Shown here in pieces: positions 60,076 through 64,000 of a stretch of 64,000 nucleotides of DNA. This stretch comes from Thermoproteota archaeon (GTDB taxonomy: Archaea; Thermoproteota; Thermoprotei; Gearchaeales; Gearchaeaceae), in contig JAVVGF010000002.1 of NCBI GenBank assembly GCA_032249235.1, forward strand, positions 159,475-223,474, read 5' to 3'. The notes beneath the pieces are model-generated. The model made no database searches. It was not told where the DNA came from and was given only the letters and a program-made list of their open reading frames with translations. Positions within the stretch are counted from its first letter, which is position 1; each line of letters opens with the position of its first letter. A program made the position numbers and the translations under genes.

Positions 60076-60360
60076 ATGTTTGATAAGGTGAAGGAGATCG
60101 CAAATAATTTAGCTAATAAGGAGCTTACTTGCGTTACAGGACTCTATCATCTTTTAAGGTTTAACATAAATAATTCTCATGATAATGCCATGAATCCTCT
60201 TATATATAATTATATGCTAGGTACTATAGAAACTCTTTATAAAGAAGCCTTAAAGGAGCCAATGAAACCGTTCATAGATATACTTAATAGAGCAGATATA
60301 AATGAGTATTCGACTGGAATAAAGATTCTTACATTACAAAATAGTATATTGATGTGCTGA
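60076..60360 (+). CDS. hypothetical protein or gene fragment
   Basis: 94-aa ORF ending 4 nt before the ATPase start; no recognisable motif. Confidence 0.4.
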   Translation: MFDKVKEIANNLANKELTCVTGLYHLLRFNINNSHDNAMNPLIYNYMLGTIETLYKEALKEPMKPFIDILNRADINEYSTGIKILTLQNSILMC

Positions 60361-60364
60361 TACC

Positions 60365-61759
60365 ATGTCTACCACAACTATAAAGAAAATAATTATAAGT
60401 AACTTTAAGAGCATTAAAGATTTGGAGATCGAACTGGCACCTTTAACCATTTTTGTAGGGCCTAACGGTTCTGGAAAGTCCAGTATCTTAGAAGCCTTAG
60501 CTTTAATGAGCCAATGTAGTAAAAGGAATGCATCTATCAGGAGTGGAAAGGCTATAGAGGGAGGGGAGGATGCACTTGTAGAATATGGTGAATTTAGAAG
60601 CATTTTCCATAGAGGACTAGACGAGATAGAACTATCCTTAGGCATCACAGTAAATATACCTGTCGAGGAGATAAAACCTAGTATAATTAAAGAACTGGAT
60701 GTATTTTCAGAGATAACCAAGAAGCCTCCACAACCTCCATACATAAAAGAATCAAATGCCTTATTTGCATATCTGAAATTTTTGCAAAGTCTAAACTTAA
60801 ATAAGGAGGTTTTCAATATTGAATATGTTTACAGCACGAGTAAATCACACTATTTGCATTCCTATATTATAGAGGGGAACAAAATAACTTATGGATACAA
60901 TTCTGAATATGACAAACCAATAAATCTGCCCAGCGAATTTGAATTAAGAGCAAGCCTTGGTGATGCCGTTTTATCTCCCTACTCAATATTCAATCTTAAC
61001 AGCTTTTTTTCTCAAAAGCTAGTAGAAATCATAAAGGGGAGACTTTCTAAAGTTTACTACATATCTGCGGAGAGGGGTAATATCCCCTGGTATTATCCAG
61101 TTGGAGCTGCAAAGCACGGATGGGTGGGTAAGAAAGGCGAATACACTCTGGAGATTCTAGCAGAGCTCATGAAGCCAGCTAATGAGAATAAAAGATTACC
61201 TTATGAGATATTATGTGAAAAGTTTGGGATTAAAAATATGTGGGTTGGATGGGATCGTAGTAACTATCTTACATCAGATTACGCTGATCCATACCTAGGC
61301 AGCGCTCATAAATTCCCATCGCTAGGATACGGTTCAAGGCAATTACTTCCCATCATAGCACAGCTGTCTTACAGTAATCCAAGCGACGTTATCCTTATCG
61401 AGGAGCCAGAAATTAGTCTTCATCCAAGTTATCAAAGATTACTTCCAGTCCTCTTTGGGAGAGCAGTTAATGAAGGAAAACAGATATTAGTAACAACTCA
61501 TAGTAGCTATTTCGTACTTTCACTTGACCTTGTTTTGGAAGGATATAGGCTTGAGGGGCAAACAACAAGGGGTTTAAGGAGTTACGAAGTTAAGCTCTTG
61601 CCTAGTGATATTGCAGTTTATCATGTTATAAGGGATGAAAAAGAAGGCTATACAAAGGTTGAGAAATTAGAACTCGATGAAAGAGGCTTAAAAGAAGGAA
61701 TACCTTCCTTCATAAACGTTGAAAGAGAAATATTAGAAAAGTTTATAAGCAAAGAGTAG
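60365..61759 (+). CDS. ABC-type ATPase of the AAA_15/AAA_21 (OLD/PtuA/AriA-like) conflict-system class
   Basis: ISNFKSI, GPNGSGKSS Walker A, LGYGSRQ signature, ILIEEPE Walker B, LHP, TTHS H-loop. Confidence 0.9.
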   Translation: MSTTTIKKIIISNFKSIKDLEIELAPLTIFVGPNGSGKSSILEALALMSQCSKRNASIRSGKAIEGGEDALVEYGEFRSIFHRGLDEIELSLGITVNIPVEEIKPSIIKELDVFSEITKKPPQPPYIKESNALFAYLKFLQSLNLNKEVFNIEYVYSTSKSHYLHSYIIEGNKITYGYNSEYDKPINLPSEFELRASLGDAVLSPYSIFNLNSFFSQKLVEIIKGRLSKVYYISAERGNIPWYYPVGAAKHGWVGKKGEYTLEILAELMKPANENKRLPYEILCEKFGIKNMWVGWDRSNYLTSDYADPYLGSAHKFPSLGYGSRQLLPIIAQLSYSNPSDVILIEEPEISLHPSYQRLLPVLFGRAVNEGKQILVTTHSSYFVLSLDLVLEGYRLEGQTTRGLRSYEVKLLPSDIAVYHVIRDEKEGYTKVEKLELDERGLKEGIPSFINVEREILEKFISKE

Positions 61760-62204
61760 TGCCGGACATAATATTAGATACAAATGCCTTTAGGATATTT
61801 ATCGATAAGGATGCACAAAGGTTTATCGATAACGTAGTTAAAAAGTGCGATCGAATTTATGTCCCTAATAACATTTATAAGGAATTAAGAGGGCGATTTT
61901 TTGGAAACATAAATTTAATATATATAGTTATTTAAGAAAACTTGAGAAGAAGTTTCATATAAAATCGAGTCTTGAAAACGTGCAGTTACCAGACTATATT
62001 GAAGATCAATTAGAGAATAATAATGCTGATGAATTTGATAAGAAACTTGCAAAACTAGCTTTTAAGAGAAGTAAAGAAGGAAGCGAAGTTTACTTAATCT
62101 CTTCTGATCGATGCTTCATAAACACTAGTGTGCTATTCGAGAGATTTAAAATTCACGTGAAATCATACGAAGAATTTAAAGAGGAATATTTATCTAGCCA
62201 GTAA
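61759..62204 (+). pseudogene. PIN-domain protein coupled to the ABC ATPase, frameshifted in a (TA)n tract
   Basis: GTG 61759: MPDIILDTNAF...YKELRG...NLIYIVI* (stop 61935). Deleting one TA at 61919-61926 fuses it to ...ADEFDKKL...LISSDRCF..., giving a complete PIN domain. Confidence 0.8.
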
Positions 62205-62276
62205 TTTGCTAGCTTTAGTATTATAATATTTCTAGCTGCTTTTTTCATTTATTTTTGGAGGAATTCATTAACTTCC

Positions 62277-62298
62277 TTTAATATTTTCCTTACTTTCT
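62277..62298 (+). repeat. direct repeat R2, copy b (copy a at 59062-59083)
   Basis: Exact 22-nt TTTAATATTTTCCTTACTTTCT. Confidence 0.88.
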
Positions 62299-62394
62299 AG
62301 AAAATATACTAACTAGATGTTAATGAAGAAATAGATTACGAAGCAACTTTTATTCATTAAATTACATACAGGAATTGTTTATTATGTAACAATA

Positions 62395-62761
62395 GTGGTA
62401 TCTAAGAGAATTGAGATCATTAAGAATTTGTTTACAGAAGCTGAAGAATATTTAGCTAAGGGAGATGCCATTCAATCCTCTGAGAAACTATATAAGGCAG
62501 CAGAGGAATGCATTAAATTATTATCTGAGCGCTTTAACCTTCCTGAAGTGAAGGAAGCTGAAGAGAAAGGAAGGTGGACGGTTACTTTGCTTGAAAAAGT
62601 GTAAGAAAGCCTTCTGATAAAATAAGCATAGACGCTCAACTGGGCTGGGATGCTGCAAACTACCTTCATGTTTTGGTTTTCATGAAGAAAAGCTTGAAGT
62701 AGAAAATGTTAAAGCATGAATTCCTTTAATAAAAAGACTAATAGAGTTAACCATAAGCTAA
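62395..62761 (+). pseudogene. PaREP1-family (HEPN-like) pseudogene
   Basis: EAEEYLAKGDAIQSSEKLYKAAEE...GRWT, then frameshifts; downstream GWDAANYLHV and FHEEKL lie in other frames with a stop. Confidence 0.85.
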
Positions 62762-62789
62762 GTTATTTTCAACGTAAATTAATCCGTAT

Positions 62790-63040
62790 CTAGAAGGTAT
62801 TTTTCTTCACAAAACTTCCTTTAATATCTCTTTTTCTAAAATCTTCTCCACTTCCTCTTCGCTGATACCAAGTTCCTCGACTAATTTTAAAATTCTTCAT
62901 CAAGAGCCTTCGAAGCATTCTACGCAACTTTCTCGGCGATGCTTTTATTATTGGTAACAAAATATCCTGAACCTAAATTTACTAAATAAACTTCTTTTTC
63001 CTTAAATTCCGAAATTAAATTCTACCTTTTTCATCAGCTT
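62790..63040 (-). pseudogene. degraded antitoxin-like gene remnant
   Basis: Minus-strand EKEVYLVNLGSGYFVTNNKSIAEKVA*...KLVEELGISEEEVEKILEKEILKEVL* with an internal stop and a frameshift. Confidence 0.4.
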
Positions 63041-63272
63041 TCCTTAACAAAATTTTTCCTATCATATAACATTAATTAAAGTTAATTATTAAAATATTTC
63101 CGACACAAATTCATTAAAAAATTAAGCTATTTAAAATAGAATTTCTACATAAACAATTTTTTAATATTACTTATAGAGAAGAAGTTTAAATAAAAAGTTT
63201 AGAATATGACTTATAACTAAAAAGCTTTTACATCATAATGCAAGCTTTTATAGTTCGTTTATTGATATAATT

Positions 63273-63611
63273 GTGAGCATTGTGAAGGCGGAAGGACTAT
63301 CAAGATCGGAAAGAAGGGTTGAAGAATTATCCAAAAGAATGGATGATTTAAAGAGCGATATTAATTCTTTGCGTAATGAAATAATTGCTACAAGAAATGA
63401 ACTTAATACCAGAATAGATTCCTTAAGTAATAGGATAGATTCTTTAAGAAGTGAAATGAATAATAGAATGAATGGGGTTGAAAATAGAATAAACAGTATT
63501 GAAAATAGAATGAATGGGGTTGATAAAAAATTAGATAATAGATTTCTTTGGATTTTAGGTGTTCAAATAACAACATGGGTTACTATAATTTTAGCGATAT
63601 TATTTAGATAA
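63273..63611 (+). CDS. heptad-repeat coiled-coil protein with C-terminal TM anchor (Bdr/DUF1640-like)
   Basis: RIDSL/RMNGV/RINSI repeats, C-terminal FLWILGVQITTWVTIILAILFR. Confidence 0.8.
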   Translation: MSIVKAEGLSRSERRVEELSKRMDDLKSDINSLRNEIIATRNELNTRIDSLSNRIDSLRSEMNNRMNGVENRINSIENRMNGVDKKLDNRFLWILGVQITTWVTIILAILFR

Positions 63612-64000
63612 AATAATAAATATAGTATTTTATGATGAATTAATTTTGTATTTTCCACTTTTAATACTATTAAAATAATAGGCTTTGAATAATTTATATA
63701 TTTAAAAGTTCTTTTTTATGATGTTCTTTTCAAGAAAGCTCTAAATCTCAAAACTTAATTAGCTTTGCTAGTTTTTATAGGATTTTCTTGTAAAATTAAA
63801 AGTTCTATTCTTCATAATCTACTTTTTTAGGTCAAGATAGCTTATGCAGCGCTTCTTCGCTACATACATCCTTCTTAGTATATTTTAAAACATCAGCAAT
63901 TTAAGCATGATTTCTTTGCTAGGTTTTTAAATATGCCTTTTAGAAAAAATTGGATCGTTAAGCAAGAAACAAAGATTCAACGATTAAAGAATGAAGAATT

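Noticed and set aside
1074-62669. Many short antisense or alternative-frame ORFs in the track (e.g. 2543-2896, 5206-5601, 23564-24085, 35362-35721, 45921-46337, 57692-58144, 60334-60816)
   Set aside because: They lie on the opposite strand of well-supported genes, are S/F/I-rich shadows of E/K-rich coding sequence and have no motifs.
52508-64000. CRISPR array or integron attC array in the island
   Set aside because: No regularly spaced repeat series; the repeats found occur only as pairs, and no cas or integrase gene is visible.
50612-64000. tRNA-anchored provirus or integrative element
   Set aside because: No second copy of the tRNA 3' end, and no integrase or viral structural genes seen; the tRNA 3' end points away from the island. 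The right boundary lies outside the window, so this cannot be fully excluded.

Overview
AT-rich archaeal chromosome segment. A Cren7-like chromatin protein, ribosomal protein S25e, DUF2153 and an aKMT-type methyltransferase point to a Thermoproteota/TACK lineage. Positions 1 to about 52.5 kb are densely packed core genes: HMG-CoA reductase, TruD, ValRS, IleRS, a rearranged A/V-type ATP synthase cluster with atpI inverted, NnrDE, nicotinate PRTase, an amino-acid/acyl-CoA oxidation block with ETF, Hjc, AhcY, RNase HII, Nth, type IA topoisomerase and a bacterial-style folate-dependent purine cluster (folP, folC, purH / purC, purM, purF, purD, folD, purN), followed by tRNA-Ile2(CAT). Reading the DNA directly added features absent from the ORF track: a GT-C glycosyltransferase at the left edge, a 47-aa ATPase stalk subunit, a 47-aa zinc-ribbon Cren7, a two-guide box C/D sRNA and several frameshifted PIN/PaREP1 genes. 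From about 52.5 kb to the end lies a loosely packed, decaying toxin-antitoxin/defence island. Its most interesting parts are a two-gene module (unknown partner plus putative ADP-ribosyltransferase toxin), an ABC-ATPase + PIN pair switched off by a (TA)n slip, and two tandem units bounded by the same pair of short repeats but carrying different cargo. All family assignments come from motif recognition by eye; no database searches were run.
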